Source: Patescibacteria group bacterium (lineage in GTDB: Bacteria > Patescibacteriota > Microgenomatia > UBA8517). Taken from it: a stretch of 64,000 bases of DNA. Both the position numbers and the translations under genes were made by a program. The notes below the pieces were generated by a model. The model searched no databases. It was not told the DNA's origin and was given only the letters and a program-made list of their open reading frames with translations. Below, in pieces: positions 21,405-31,405 of this stretch (the first letter of the stretch is position 1; every line of letters begins with the position of its first letter). The stretch spans positions 1,229 through 65,228 of the forward strand of contig DASVCV010000007.1 of assembly GCA_036381415.1 (NCBI GenBank), given 5' to 3'.

Positions 21405-23438
21405 CTAGTTTGGAGCAATTTCTTTACTAGAGATAATTTCTACTAAATCAGTAAAGTTTTCCGGGTTTTCTATCACTTTTTCAGCCAGCTCCTTAGTTTC
21501 TTTTATCAAATCAGTGTCAGTCCACCTTGCTACCTTAAGTTCTGCAAATCCGTGTTGAGCTAATCCAAACACCTCGCCAGGTCCTCTTAATCTTAAATCA
21601 AGTTCAGCTAGTTCAAATCCAGACATTGACCTCTTTAAAGCAGCTAGTCTTGCTGCCACTTTTTCTGATTTGCTCTCTGTCATGGCTAAACAATATGACT
21701 TTTTACTTCCTCTTCCTACTCTTCCTCTTAACTGATGAAGTGAAGCAAGTCCAAATCTGTCAGCTGCCTCAATGACCATAATTGTTGCATTTGGAATATC
21801 AATTCCAACTTCAACCACGGGAGTCGCAACTAAAATATCTGTTTCTCCATCCTTAAATTTAGACAACACCTTTTCTTTCTCCTCATGTTTTTGTTTTCCA
21901 TGCAGTACTCCTATTTTCCTTTTTGGAAATATTTTCTTTAATTTCTCCGCTTCACTTGTAGCAGCTTTTACTTCAGTTAAGTTATGAGATTCTTCTATTA
22001 AAGGACAGATTACAAATACCTGTATCTTTTCTTCTTCTATTTTCTTTTCAATCCACTCATATGCTCCATTTCTTTTTTCTTGTCCTACTATCCAAGTTGT
22101 AATTTTTTGTCTTCCTTTAGGTAATTCATCAAGTGTAGAAAGTGCCAAATCTCCATAAATAGTAAGGGCTACAGTTCTTGGTATTGGAGTTGCTGTCATT
22201 GTTAAAACATGAGGTGCAAATTTTTTCTTCCCAATTTTATTAACTAAGTGCTGTCTTTGTTCAACTCCAAATCTGTGCTGTTCATCAATTACTACAACTT
22301 CCACTCCTTTTAAATCCACTTTTTTATGAATAAGTGCATGTGTACCAACATAAACGTCTGACTTTCCTACTTCTTCCTGAACTTTTCCTCCAGTAACTAA
22401 ACTAACTCTAACCTTAAAAGGAGCAAACAGTTTTGTTAAGGTGTCAAAATGCTGATGAGCAAGTATTTGGGTAGGAGCCATTAATATGCTCTTATGTCCA
22501 TTTACAAAAGCCATAAACATAGCTGCAGCTGCTACCACTGTCTTTCCACTTCCTACATCCCCTTCCAGTAGTCTGTTCATTGGCACTTCACTTTTTAGAT
22601 CTTTCATTATTTCCTCCATAGATTTCTTTTGAGAACTAGTTAATTCAAAGGGAAGATTTTTTAAAAACAAGTCAACTTTGTCATCCTCAATTTTAAGAAC
22701 ACTTCTAACCTTGTTTTCCTTCCAATCTCCTTTTCTTCTTAAATTTTTTAAGTGGCTAAAAAGCAGTTCATTAAAGGCAAGCCTTCTTCTTCCCATATCA
22801 AACTCCTGGGGGTTTGTTGGTGAATGTACAAAAAAAGCTGCCTGTTTAAAATCAATTAAGTTGTATTTATCTAAAATATCTTTTGGTAAATAATCTTTAA
22901 TTTCTAGCCTTTTTAAAGCATCTGATACTCTTCTTCTAATCCACTTAGAAGAAAGTCCTTCAGTTGCTGAATATATTGGGACCAGTCCCTTGGTATGAAT
23001 TGGAACTATCCCCTCTTTAATTACTTCAAATTCAGGAGAAATCATGGCAAGCTTGCGTCCAAACCAATCTATTTTCCCAGATAGTGAAACTTTCTCTCCT
23101 TCTCTTAAAACCCTTGATAAATAAGGTTGATTAAACCAAGTAACCATTATTTTTCCTGTCTCATCTTCTACTTCTGCAACTTGAAGTTTTCTACCTATTT
23201 TTGTGTATTGGTTTTTAAAAAGAGTAATGGTTCCTTCAATATTTACAATATCTCCATCACGAAGCGATGATATTGCAGCACTTTCCCTAAAATCCACAAA
23301 CCTAAAAGGAACATGATTAATTAAATCCTCAATGGTAGTAATGCCGAGTTTTTCAAGCCTTCTTAAGTAGACTGGTCCAACAAAAGGAAGCGTGCTTATT
23401 TTATCTGAAAGACCAACTTGTTTATCTTCTCTATTCAC
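21405..23438 (-). CDS. recG: ATP-dependent DNA helicase RecG
   Basis: GDVGSGKT, DEQHRFG, TATPIPRT, HQLRGRVGR, RGPGE. Confidence 0.97.
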   Translation of the reverse strand: MNREDKQVGLSDKISTLPFVGPVYLRRLEKLGITTIEDLINHVPFRFVDFRESAAISSLRDGDIVNIEGTITLFKNQYTKIGRKLQVAEVEDETGKIMVTWFNQPYLSRVLREGEKVSLSGKIDWFGRKLAMISPEFEVIKEGIVPIHTKGLVPIYSATEGLSSKWIRRRVSDALKRLEIKDYLPKDILDKYNLIDFKQAAFFVHSPTNPQEFDMGRRRLAFNELLFSHLKNLRRKGDWKENKVRSVLKIEDDKVDLFLKNLPFELTSSQKKSMEEIMKDLKSEVPMNRLLEGDVGSGKTVVAAAAMFMAFVNGHKSILMAPTQILAHQHFDTLTKLFAPFKVRVSLVTGGKVQEEVGKSDVYVGTHALIHKKVDLKGVEVVVIDEQHRFGVEQRQHLVNKIGKKKFAPHVLTMTATPIPRTVALTIYGDLALSTLDELPKGRQKITTWIVGQEKRNGAYEWIEKKIEEEKIQVFVICPLIEESHNLTEVKAATSEAEKLKKIFPKRKIGVLHGKQKHEEKEKVLSKFKDGETDILVATPVVEVGIDIPNATIMVIEAADRFGLASLHQLRGRVGRGSKKSYCLAMTESKSEKVAARLAALKRSMSGFELAELDLRLRGPGEVFGLAQHGFAELKVARWTDTDLIKETKELAEKVIENPENFTDLVEIISSKEIAPN

Positions 23439-23554
23439 TACCTAGAGGATAGCAGATATGGCAAGAACGGCAAGAAACTTGTAGCAAGAAGAAGAATTCC
23501 TGCAATTATGATAATTATGGTAAATAATTTGCTTCTTTTCTTTTTGGGTGTCAT
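23438..23554 (-). CDS. 38-aa single-pass membrane microprotein
   Basis: MTPKKKRSKLFTIIIIIAGILLLATSFLPFLPYLLSSR*. Overlaps the tyrS stop (ATGA) and the recG start (TAGTG). Confidence 0.7.
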   Translation of the reverse strand: MTPKKKRSKLFTIIIIIAGILLLATSFLPFLPYLLSSR

Positions 23555-24687
23555 TTTACAGTTACAAATATTCGTTTTCCTATTTTTATTTTCTCTCCCC
23601 CTTTAAGCATAAGTGTTGGATCACTCACTCTAGTTCCATTTACATCAACTGCTCCCTGGGCAATAAGTCTCTTGGCTTCAGAATTGCTCCCTACTAATTC
23701 AGATATAGTAGCTGACAATATTCCAGAGCTTTTAATCTTTTGTGAATAGTCAGGAGATCTGCCTTGGAAAGTTTTTTCAAAGTACTCTTTTGCCTCGCGT
23801 GCTTTTTCTTCCCCATGTATTTGCTTAACTACTTCATATCCTAATACTTTCTTTGATTCTAAAGGTCCTACTTTTTCAACTGTATCAAGAGGCAAATCAG
23901 TAAGAAGTTCAATAGCACTTGTAAGAACTGCATCATTAAATGCCATTACTTTACCAAAAACATCAGAAGGTGAGTCGCTTAAAAATATTGCATTTCCTTC
24001 AGTCTTTCCCATTTTCTTTCCTTGATCATCTGTCAAAAGTTTCATGGTTAGTACAAACTTATCTTTATTTTTTAAATTCTTCATTAATATGCGTCCTGCA
24101 AGCATATTAAAGAGTTGATCATTTCCACCTACTTCAAGATCTACATCCATGGCAACAGAATCATATCCCTGCATTAATGGATACAGAAACTCATGAAGAT
24201 ATATTGGTTTTTCTTCCTTAATTCTGTTTGCAAACATATCTCTTTCAATCATTTGTTGTACTGTAAAGTTGGTAGCTAGCTCTAAAATCTCTTCAAAATT
24301 AAGTTTTGATAGCCAAGTTGAATTAAACATAATTTCAGCTGGGTTAGCTCCGTCAAAACGAATTATTCTTTCTACCTGTTTCTTATAATCTCTTAAGTTT
24401 TTAAGAACTTCCTCTTTTGTTAGTTTTGTTCTTGCTGCCTTTTTGTCAGTTGGATCCCCAATCATTGCAGTAAAATCTCCAATCAAAAAAATTACTCTGT
24501 GTCCTAATTCTTGAAACTCATGAAGTTTCCTTATACCAATAAAGTGTCCAACATGAAGGCTGGGAGCAGTTGGATCAAACCCTTGGTATAAAGTAATTTT
24601 TCTTTTAAGAAGGGTTTCTCTTAGTGCTTCCTTGGTAGGAAGTACTGCTGCAACTCCTCTATTTAAAACTTCATCTATTTTATTCAT
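23551..24687 (-). CDS. tyrS: Tyrosyl-tRNA synthetase
   Basis: GFDPTAPSLHVGH, YPLMQGYD, KMGKT and a C-terminal S4 domain. Confidence 0.97.
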   Translation of the reverse strand: MNKIDEVLNRGVAAVLPTKEALRETLLKRKITLYQGFDPTAPSLHVGHFIGIRKLHEFQELGHRVIFLIGDFTAMIGDPTDKKAARTKLTKEEVLKNLRDYKKQVERIIRFDGANPAEIMFNSTWLSKLNFEEILELATNFTVQQMIERDMFANRIKEEKPIYLHEFLYPLMQGYDSVAMDVDLEVGGNDQLFNMLAGRILMKNLKNKDKFVLTMKLLTDDQGKKMGKTEGNAIFLSDSPSDVFGKVMAFNDAVLTSAIELLTDLPLDTVEKVGPLESKKVLGYEVVKQIHGEEKAREAKEYFEKTFQGRSPDYSQKIKSSGILSATISELVGSNSEAKRLIAQGAVDVNGTRVSDPTLMLKGGEKIKIGKRIFVTVK

Positions 24688-24782
24688 ATAAATCTAAAGA
24701 CAAACTTTTGTATGCTTACCACTATATTCTACCTCAAAATTTAGATTGTACAAACAAGCTGTGCTAAAATCTTCTATAGACC

Positions 24783-27365
24783 ATGTGGAAAGATTATTTT
24801 GAAAGAAGAAGAGCTCGTCGTTCATACCGCACTCGAGTTCCTTTCTCAAGTATGACTAGATCTCAAAAGATAGCTAAATTAACTAAATTTGCTTTCCTTG
24901 GAGTAGTCGGCATTATTATTCTTTCTCTAATTGCACTCCCCCTTTTTGCAATTGGTCTTCCCTCTCCAGATAAAATTGTAAGACGCCAAGGTTTTTCCAC
25001 CCAGATTCTAGATAGAAATGGAAAAGTTCTATATGATATTTTTACCAATGAGCAAAGAACTCCTGTTGTTTTTAATGACACTCCAGTTTTCTTAAGACAG
25101 GCAACCGTTGCAATAGAAGACAAGAATTTTTACAAGCACCAAGGTTTTGACCCTGTTGGAATAGTAAGAGGCGCAATGAGTACTCTTTTTAGAGGAAGGG
25201 TAGCAAGCGGATCAACCTTGACTCAGCAGCTTGTTAAAAATGTTCTTCTTACTTCAGACCAAACATTAATTAGGAAAGCAAAAGAATTAATTCTTACTCT
25301 TCAGATAGAAAGAAAGTACACCAAAGACCAAATACTTCAAATGTATCTTAATGAAGCTCCATATGGAGGAACTGCCTGGGGAGTTGGCACCGCAGCTGAA
25401 ACTTATTTTGGCAAAAAGGTTCAGGATTTAAACCTAGTTGAGTGTGCATTCTTAGCAGGACTTCCACAAAGTCCTTCCTACTATTCTCCCTACTCAGGAA
25501 GTCCTAAAGCATATGTAGCTCGTACTCAAGATGTTTTAAGAAGAATGAGAGAAGATGGCTATATAACCAAAGATCAGGAAAACCAGGCAAGACAGGATTT
25601 AACCAATCTTGATTTCCAAACTCAAGGAGCAAGTTTTAAAGCACCTCACTTTGTACAATATGTACAAAAAATTCTAGAAGATAGATATGGAGCAAATGTT
25701 GTTGAACAAGGCGGCCTAAAAGTAACAACTACTCTTGATCTTGATCTTCAGGAAAAAGCACAAGAAATAGTTGCAGATGAAATAGATAGTGCAACTTCAC
25801 TCCATATTACGAATGGAGCAGCTGTTGTAATGGATCCTCAAGACGGAGAAATATTAGCCATGGTTGGATCTAAGAATTTTAACGCCAAAGATTATGATGG
25901 CCAAGTTAATGTGACTCTTTCTTTAAGACAGCCTGGGTCTGCCATAAAGCCATTCACATATGTAACAGCATTTAAAAAGGGATATACTCCGGCAACTGTT
26001 GTAGCAGATGTCCCAACAACCTTTCCGGGAGGTGTAGGACAGCCTGAATATAAGCCGGTTAATTATGATGGAAAATATAGAGGTCCTATTCAATTAAGAT
26101 ATGCTCTTGCTAATTCCATAAATATTGTTGCAGTAAAACTTCTTGCAATGGTTGGAATTAAAGACGTTCTTGCTACAGCTAGTGATATGGGAATCACAAC
26201 TCTTGCTCCAACCCAAGAAGTCCTAAATAGGGTTGGACTCTCCTTAACCTTAGGAGGGGGTGAAGTTCGTCTTCTTGATTTAACAGATGCTTATTCTCCT
26301 TTTATGAATGGTGGGTCCCGTGTTGACCCGATTTCTATTTTAAAAGTGACAGATTCCCAGGGTAAAGTTTTGGAAGAAAATCATCCTCAAAAAGGCAAAA
26401 AAGTATTAACTCCTGAACAAGCTTATTTGATTGCAGATATTCTTTCAGATAACGATGCCAGAAAAGAAGTTTTTGGACTTTCCTCACTTCTTAATATTCC
26501 TGGACGTCAGGTAGCAGTTAAAACTGGTACCACAAATGACAAAAGGGATAACTGGGCAATAGGTGGGACTTCCCAAGCAGTTGTTGGAGTCTGGGTAGGA
26601 AACAACGACAACTCACCCATGCTTTCTGTCGCCTCAGGTGTATCAGGCGCCTCCCCTATTTGGAGAAGAATTGTAATTGAAGCTTTAAATGGCAAACCCA
26701 GTGTTAAGTTCTCTGTGCCAACTGGTATTGTAACAGCAGACGTTGACAAGATTTCAGGTTATAGAGCCCACGATGCCTACCCATCCCGTCCTGAGCATTT
26801 CATTAAAGGAAGTGAGCCAGGAGGAACTGATCCAGTACACACCAAATTAAAGTTATGTAAATCAGATGGGAAACTAGCAACTCCATCAGATATTTCTGGA
26901 GGAAATTATGATGAAAAAGAATTCATAGTTTTAAAAGAAGAGGATCCAACAGCAGCTCCAGGTGGGCAAAACAAATGGCAGGAAGGAATATTAAACTGGA
27001 TTGGTACTCAAACAGATGAAAAGTATCATCCTCCAACTGATTTCTGCGGCACTAAAAATCCAGTAAATGTAGAGTTCGTAACTCCATCTGACCAGTCGTC
27101 AAATTTGCCTGCAAACTTTGATATTAAAATAACCGCAGATTCAACTAGTGCAATCACACAGGTTAGGTTTGAAATAGATGGAGCAGCTCTAGGAACAGTA
27201 TCAACCTACCCCTATACTTACTCTGCAACTAATATTCCAAATGGAATCCATGAATTAAGAGCAGTTGCAAGAGATACCAATGGAAATGAATCGGATAGAA
27301 AAATTAATGTTGGTGTAGGTGTTCCCTATTCCTCACCAACCCCTACTCCCACTGCCACACCCTAG
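24783..27365 (+). CDS. Class A penicillin-binding protein (PBP1A family) with C-terminal Ig-like domain and PT tail
   Basis: Transglycosylase EDKNFY/GSTLTQQLVKN; transpeptidase SAIK, SIN, KTG. Confidence 0.95.
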   Translation: MWKDYFERRRARRSYRTRVPFSSMTRSQKIAKLTKFAFLGVVGIIILSLIALPLFAIGLPSPDKIVRRQGFSTQILDRNGKVLYDIFTNEQRTPVVFNDTPVFLRQATVAIEDKNFYKHQGFDPVGIVRGAMSTLFRGRVASGSTLTQQLVKNVLLTSDQTLIRKAKELILTLQIERKYTKDQILQMYLNEAPYGGTAWGVGTAAETYFGKKVQDLNLVECAFLAGLPQSPSYYSPYSGSPKAYVARTQDVLRRMREDGYITKDQENQARQDLTNLDFQTQGASFKAPHFVQYVQKILEDRYGANVVEQGGLKVTTTLDLDLQEKAQEIVADEIDSATSLHITNGAAVVMDPQDGEILAMVGSKNFNAKDYDGQVNVTLSLRQPGSAIKPFTYVTAFKKGYTPATVVADVPTTFPGGVGQPEYKPVNYDGKYRGPIQLRYALANSINIVAVKLLAMVGIKDVLATASDMGITTLAPTQEVLNRVGLSLTLGGGEVRLLDLTDAYSPFMNGGSRVDPISILKVTDSQGKVLEENHPQKGKKVLTPEQAYLIADILSDNDARKEVFGLSSLLNIPGRQVAVKTGTTNDKRDNWAIGGTSQAVVGVWVGNNDNSPMLSVASGVSGASPIWRRIVIEALNGKPSVKFSVPTGIVTADVDKISGYRAHDAYPSRPEHFIKGSEPGGTDPVHTKLKLCKSDGKLATPSDISGGNYDEKEFIVLKEEDPTAAPGGQNKWQEGILNWIGTQTDEKYHPPTDFCGTKNPVNVEFVTPSDQSSNLPANFDIKITADSTSAITQVRFEIDGAALGTVSTYPYTYSATNIPNGIHELRAVARDTNGNESDRKINVGVGVPYSSPTPTPTATP

Positions 27366-27389
27366 CCCCATAGTGCTATAATTTTTTAT

Positions 27390-27710
27390 ATGGCAGAACT
27401 AGAAAGACAAAGAAAGTTAGCAATTGGAATTCCTGAAAACAGACAAGGCAGAGTAAGGTCCTGGTATGAGATGTGCGATCTTCTTAAAAGTTTAAGTATT
27501 GATATGGAGAATGTATCAGGGATGGAAAAAAGGTATGCCATTAGATACTTCCATACACAAAAGTTAATAGCAGAAGGAGAATTAGACAAAGCAAAAAGAA
27601 TATTTTCAAGGATAGGAAGCAGGAAAGATTATGAAGATTTTGAAGATAACAATGGATTTCTTCTAAAGATTATTGATGTTGCAGTTAAAGGTAAATCTAG
27701 CTGGAGTTAA
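27390..27710 (+). CDS. Hypothetical protein
   Basis: 106-aa ORF filling the gap, preceded by TGCTATAAT. Confidence 0.6.
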   Translation: MAELERQRKLAIGIPENRQGRVRSWYEMCDLLKSLSIDMENVSGMEKRYAIRYFHTQKLIAEGELDKAKRIFSRIGSRKDYEDFEDNNGFLLKIIDVAVKGKSSWS

Positions 27711-27715
27711 TTTAG

Positions 27716-29668
27716 TTATCCCTTCACTGTTCCACCAAACTTTTGTTTTACTTCATGAATCAATTTTTCTCTAATTTTCTCCACTTCCTTGTCCTCTAAT
27801 GTTTTGTTAGGATCTTGGTACCAAACTCTAAATGTATATGCATTGTCATATATTTCAACCAAGCCAGTTTTGCTGACAAATTTGTTTGCATTAATGGTTG
27901 CCATTACTTCCCCAATCTTTGTTCGTTCTGGGAAAATTATTGTAATATCCTCAATCTGGGGAGGATATTTTGGAGTAGGTCTATATTTTGCAAATGGTTT
28001 TGCATGTTTTCTTAAAAGCTCTACATCAAACTCATAGTATAGAAATTCATTGTCAGAGAGAACACCAAATTCACCTAAGGTTTTTCCTTCTGATTTAATT
28101 TCAGTTCTCTGATTTACTAAAAATCCCTGTTTCTCACTTATTTCTTCTTTGTAAATTATATGAAGCTTCTCAAGCATTGCTTCTACTATTCCTTTTGCTT
28201 CCCTATAAGAATATCCAACAAATATTCCACCAAGTGTCATTTTTTCCTTTGGTAATTCCTCTTTATTAGTTGAAATATATGCATTAGCCATTTCAAACAA
28301 ATGGAAAGGCTCTTTCTCTCCTAGGTTTGAATTTGCAGCTCCAACTAAAGATGTCCGAAGAGTGCTTCTTAAATATTCTGTTTCACTTCCCAGTGGATTT
28401 CTAAGTCTAAGTGAGTTTCTATCTGTCATATCAGATGAAACAAGAGAAAGTGTGTATACCTCATTTCCCCCTACACCTGCCAAAAACCTTTTTATGTTCA
28501 CCTCAAACTCAAAAGGAGAGTCTGCAAGAGATTCTGGGATTTTACCTGTCATTACCTGGCTTGGTAAATTAAAATACCCATATATTCTGGCAATTTCTTC
28601 AACAACATCTTCAGCAATTGCAATATCCTTTGCTCTATAGGAAGGAACTTCCACAGTTATTTTTTTACCTTTTACTTCAGTTTTAAATCCTAATTTGTCT
28701 AAAATTTCCTTTACCTCACTCTTTGAAATTTCTACTCCAATTACACGATTGATAAAATCAATACTAACCTCAATCTTTTTTGATTTGTATGGTGTTGGAT
28801 AAATATCAAGTGCAGCTTTTTCGGCAGTACCTGATGTTGTTTCAACAAACAAATCAACTGCTTTTCTAATTGCAGTCTCTACCAATTCCGGATCTAGCCC
28901 TTTTTCAAATAAAACTGCAGCTTCTGTTCTTTTAGGAATAGCCATTGAAGTTCTTCTGATATTAACTGGGTTGTATGTTTGCACAAAAAGAAGAACATTC
29001 TTAGTATTTGTACCAACTGCGCTATTTTCGCCTCCCATTATTCCAGCCAAATCAATTAGTTTCTCGCCATCCTCAATTACAATATCTCCTCCAGGCAAAA
29101 TATGTTTTTTTCCATCAAGAGTAGTTATTTCTTCACCCTTTCTGCTTTCTCTTAAAACCATTTGCTGTCCTTTAATTTTGTCATAATCAAAAGTGTGAAC
29201 AGGCTGTCCTAAATCATGCATAATGTAGTTTGAAATATCTACTACATTGTTGATTGGTCTTACTCCTACTTCACTTAATCTCTTTTGCATCCAGGCAGGT
29301 GAAGGTCCGATTTTGACATCTTTAATTAATATTGCAGTAAACCTAAAGCATAGCTTTTTGTCTACTTGTGCTTTTAAATAAGATACTTTCTTTGATAAGC
29401 TAAATTTTGATTTGGGTTTAATCTCATTAAATCTGGCTGAAATTTTAAATCTGGGTAGAATTACAGCAGCTTCCCTTGCAAATCCATAAATACTAGCAGT
29501 ATCTACCCTGTTAGTTGTTACTTCAGTCAAATAAACTGGAGATTTTGCATCACCTGATATTCTTTCCACAGATGGTCCGCACAAAGATATATATTTTGCA
29601 ATATCGCTCTTTGTTGCTTTTGTTTTAAGATAATCTCTTAACCAATTATCAGGTATTAATATATCCAT
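27716..29668 (-). CDS. pheT: Phenylalanyl-tRNA synthetase beta subunit (lacks B2 OB-fold)
   Basis: TNRVD, INNVVDISNY, GQPVHTFD, EDVVEEIARIYGY and an FDX anticodon-binding domain; 650 aa. Confidence 0.95.
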   Translation of the reverse strand: MDILIPDNWLRDYLKTKATKSDIAKYISLCGPSVERISGDAKSPVYLTEVTTNRVDTASIYGFAREAAVILPRFKISARFNEIKPKSKFSLSKKVSYLKAQVDKKLCFRFTAILIKDVKIGPSPAWMQKRLSEVGVRPINNVVDISNYIMHDLGQPVHTFDYDKIKGQQMVLRESRKGEEITTLDGKKHILPGGDIVIEDGEKLIDLAGIMGGENSAVGTNTKNVLLFVQTYNPVNIRRTSMAIPKRTEAAVLFEKGLDPELVETAIRKAVDLFVETTSGTAEKAALDIYPTPYKSKKIEVSIDFINRVIGVEISKSEVKEILDKLGFKTEVKGKKITVEVPSYRAKDIAIAEDVVEEIARIYGYFNLPSQVMTGKIPESLADSPFEFEVNIKRFLAGVGGNEVYTLSLVSSDMTDRNSLRLRNPLGSETEYLRSTLRTSLVGAANSNLGEKEPFHLFEMANAYISTNKEELPKEKMTLGGIFVGYSYREAKGIVEAMLEKLHIIYKEEISEKQGFLVNQRTEIKSEGKTLGEFGVLSDNEFLYYEFDVELLRKHAKPFAKYRPTPKYPPQIEDITIIFPERTKIGEVMATINANKFVSKTGLVEIYDNAYTFRVWYQDPNKTLEDKEVEKIREKLIHEVKQKFGGTVKG

Positions 29669-29692
29669 ATAATTATTTTCCCATCACTTTCA

Positions 29693-30718
29693 CTAGAATT
29701 GTCTTAAATAGGTTAGATTAGAACTATAAAGTGTTCTTACATCTCCAATTGCAATTCCAGACTTCATCATATATGTTCTTTCTACTCCCCAGCCAAAAGC
29801 AAAACCTGTGTATTTTGTTGGATCAATTCCTCCTGCCTTTAAAACATTAGGATGAACCATTCCGGCTCCACCTAATTCCAGCCAACCTTCTTTGCATAGC
29901 TTGCACCCTTCTCCTTTACAAATATCGCATGTAATATCTACTTCGAATGAAGGCTCTGTGAATTGAAAATGGTATGGCCTAAGTCTCGTTTTTCTATCTT
30001 TTCCAAAGAAATTTCTTGCAAAATAATCAAGTGTTCCCTTAAGATTAACAACTGAAATGTTTTCATCAATAACAAGACCCTCAAACTGATGAAACATTTG
30101 TGTATGTGATATATCAGACTGCCTCCTATAACACTTTGCAATATTAATCATCCTAATTGGCGGAACCTTAACTCTTTTCATTTCTCTTACCTGACCGTTT
30201 GAAGTATGTGGGGTTAAAACTACTTGTCCCAACTTAGAGTTAATTGGATGGTCAACAAAGAAAGTTTCCCAATCATCTCTTGCAGGATGATTCTTTGGCA
30301 TATTTAGTGCCTCAAAAGCAAACCAGTCCCAATCAACCTCAGGATATCTCACTCTAGAAAAACCAATTCTCTCAAAAGTATGAGCAATTTCGTCAATTGC
30401 GTAAGTTAATAAATGTAGAGTTCCTACTTTTGGCTTAATTCCAGGAATTGTCGGGTCAAACCAAACTCTGGATGTTTCATTAATTTTATTCTTTTGTCTT
30501 GCAAGGGTCTCATAGATAGTGTCTTTTGCTTCATTAATAATTGTCCCTGCGCTTTTTCTTTCATTTTGGCTTAACTCTTTTATCTTTTTTATAAGAAGGG
30601 TTAGTTTACCGCTTCTTCCCAGATATGACATTTCTACCCTTTCCAGCTCCTCAATACTTGCCGCATCCATTATCTGGGCTAACGCCTGGTTTTTAATATT
30701 AATTATTTCTTCTCTCAT
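29693..30718 (-). CDS. pheS: Phenylalanyl-tRNA synthetase alpha subunit
   Basis: HPARD, FHQFEG, FTEPS, GFAFGWGVER. Confidence 0.97.
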   Translation of the reverse strand: MREEIINIKNQALAQIMDAASIEELERVEMSYLGRSGKLTLLIKKIKELSQNERKSAGTIINEAKDTIYETLARQKNKINETSRVWFDPTIPGIKPKVGTLHLLTYAIDEIAHTFERIGFSRVRYPEVDWDWFAFEALNMPKNHPARDDWETFFVDHPINSKLGQVVLTPHTSNGQVREMKRVKVPPIRMINIAKCYRRQSDISHTQMFHQFEGLVIDENISVVNLKGTLDYFARNFFGKDRKTRLRPYHFQFTEPSFEVDITCDICKGEGCKLCKEGWLELGGAGMVHPNVLKAGGIDPTKYTGFAFGWGVERTYMMKSGIAIGDVRTLYSSNLTYLRQF

Positions 30719-30754
30719 AATTTATGTACTAACTGCAATCTCATTCTCTGCATT

Positions 30755-30850
30755 AAAAAAGCCCTCCTGGTGGAGAGCTATAAATAAAACATTTTCTCCA
30801 CCCTTAGCTTATCTTATTCTAAAGCAAAAGGTGGTAAAAAACATTATCAT
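30755..30850 (-). promoter_or_regulatory. pheST transcription attenuator
   Basis: Mutually exclusive pairings CCACC(in leader)/GGTGG, GGTGGAGA/TCTCCACC, and terminator GCTCTCC-ACCA-GGAGGGC-TTTTTT (30755-30778). Confidence 0.8.
30809..30850 (-). CDS. Phe-rich leader peptide (PheM analog) MIMFFTTFCFRIR
   Basis: Four TTT codons in 13 codons, located between rplT and pheS, upstream of the terminator. Confidence 0.8.
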   Translation of the reverse strand: MIMFFTTFCFRIR

Positions 30851-30854
30851 ATTT

Positions 30855-31193
30855 TTATTTAAGTGAAGATACTATTTCTTTAAAAGCAACAGGGTCAGTT
30901 GCTGCTACTTCAGCTAGCATTTTTCTGTCTAATTCAATCTTTTTAGTCTTAAGTAGGCTAATAAATTTGCTGTAGCTTAATCCATTTTCGCGTACTGCAG
31001 CATTGAGTCTTACTATCCATAATGCTCTCATATCTCTTTTCCTAAGCTTTCTTCCGGCATATGCATACTGGCCGGCATGGATTAAAGCTTCTTTTCCAGC
31101 CTTTACTCTTCTTCTTCTGGCTTGCTTCATGCCACGAGTAGCACTTCTTAGTACTCTATGTCTTCTTTGTGCTGGTGATTTTACTCTTGCCAT
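30855..31193 (-). CDS. rplT: 50S ribosomal protein L20
   Basis: MARVK, RKRDMRALWIVRLNAA, LDRKMLA. Confidence 0.97.
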   Translation of the reverse strand: MARVKSPAQRRHRVLRSATRGMKQARRRRVKAGKEALIHAGQYAYAGRKLRKRDMRALWIVRLNAAVRENGLSYSKFISLLKTKKIELDRKMLAEVAATDPVAFKEIVSSLK

Positions 31194-31194
31194 A

Positions 31195-31404
31195 TTACTT
31201 TGCTGTGTATTTTACCCCTAAAAATGTTCTAATCTTTTTAGCCATATAGCCTTTCATTTCAACTGGCCTTTTTTGTGCTCTTTTCTTATTCTTTGATTTC
31301 TTCTCACGCAAATGGCTGCTAAAAGATCTTCTTCTCATTAGCTTTCCATTTTTTGTAACTCTAAATCTTTTTGTGATTGAGTTTCTTGATTTTTGTTTTG
31401 GCAT
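31195..31404 (-). CDS. rpmI: 50S ribosomal protein L35
   Basis: MPKQKS...KRFRVTKNGK...HLREKK. Confidence 0.95.
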   Translation of the reverse strand: MPKQKSRNSITKRFRVTKNGKLMRRRSFSSHLREKKSKNKKRAQKRPVEMKGYMAKKIRTFLGVKYTAK

Positions 31405-31405
31405 T

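Noticed and set aside
21228-24687. UGA-to-Gly recoding (genetic code 25)
   Set aside because: rpmF and tyrS end at TGA at expected lengths, and long genes have no in-frame TGA.
24688-24782. T-box upstream of tyrS
   Set aside because: No UGGNACC motif or terminator in the short divergent spacer.
27330-27365. CCN-ACN repeats here and near 15135-15167
   Set aside because: They simply encode Pro-Thr linkers.
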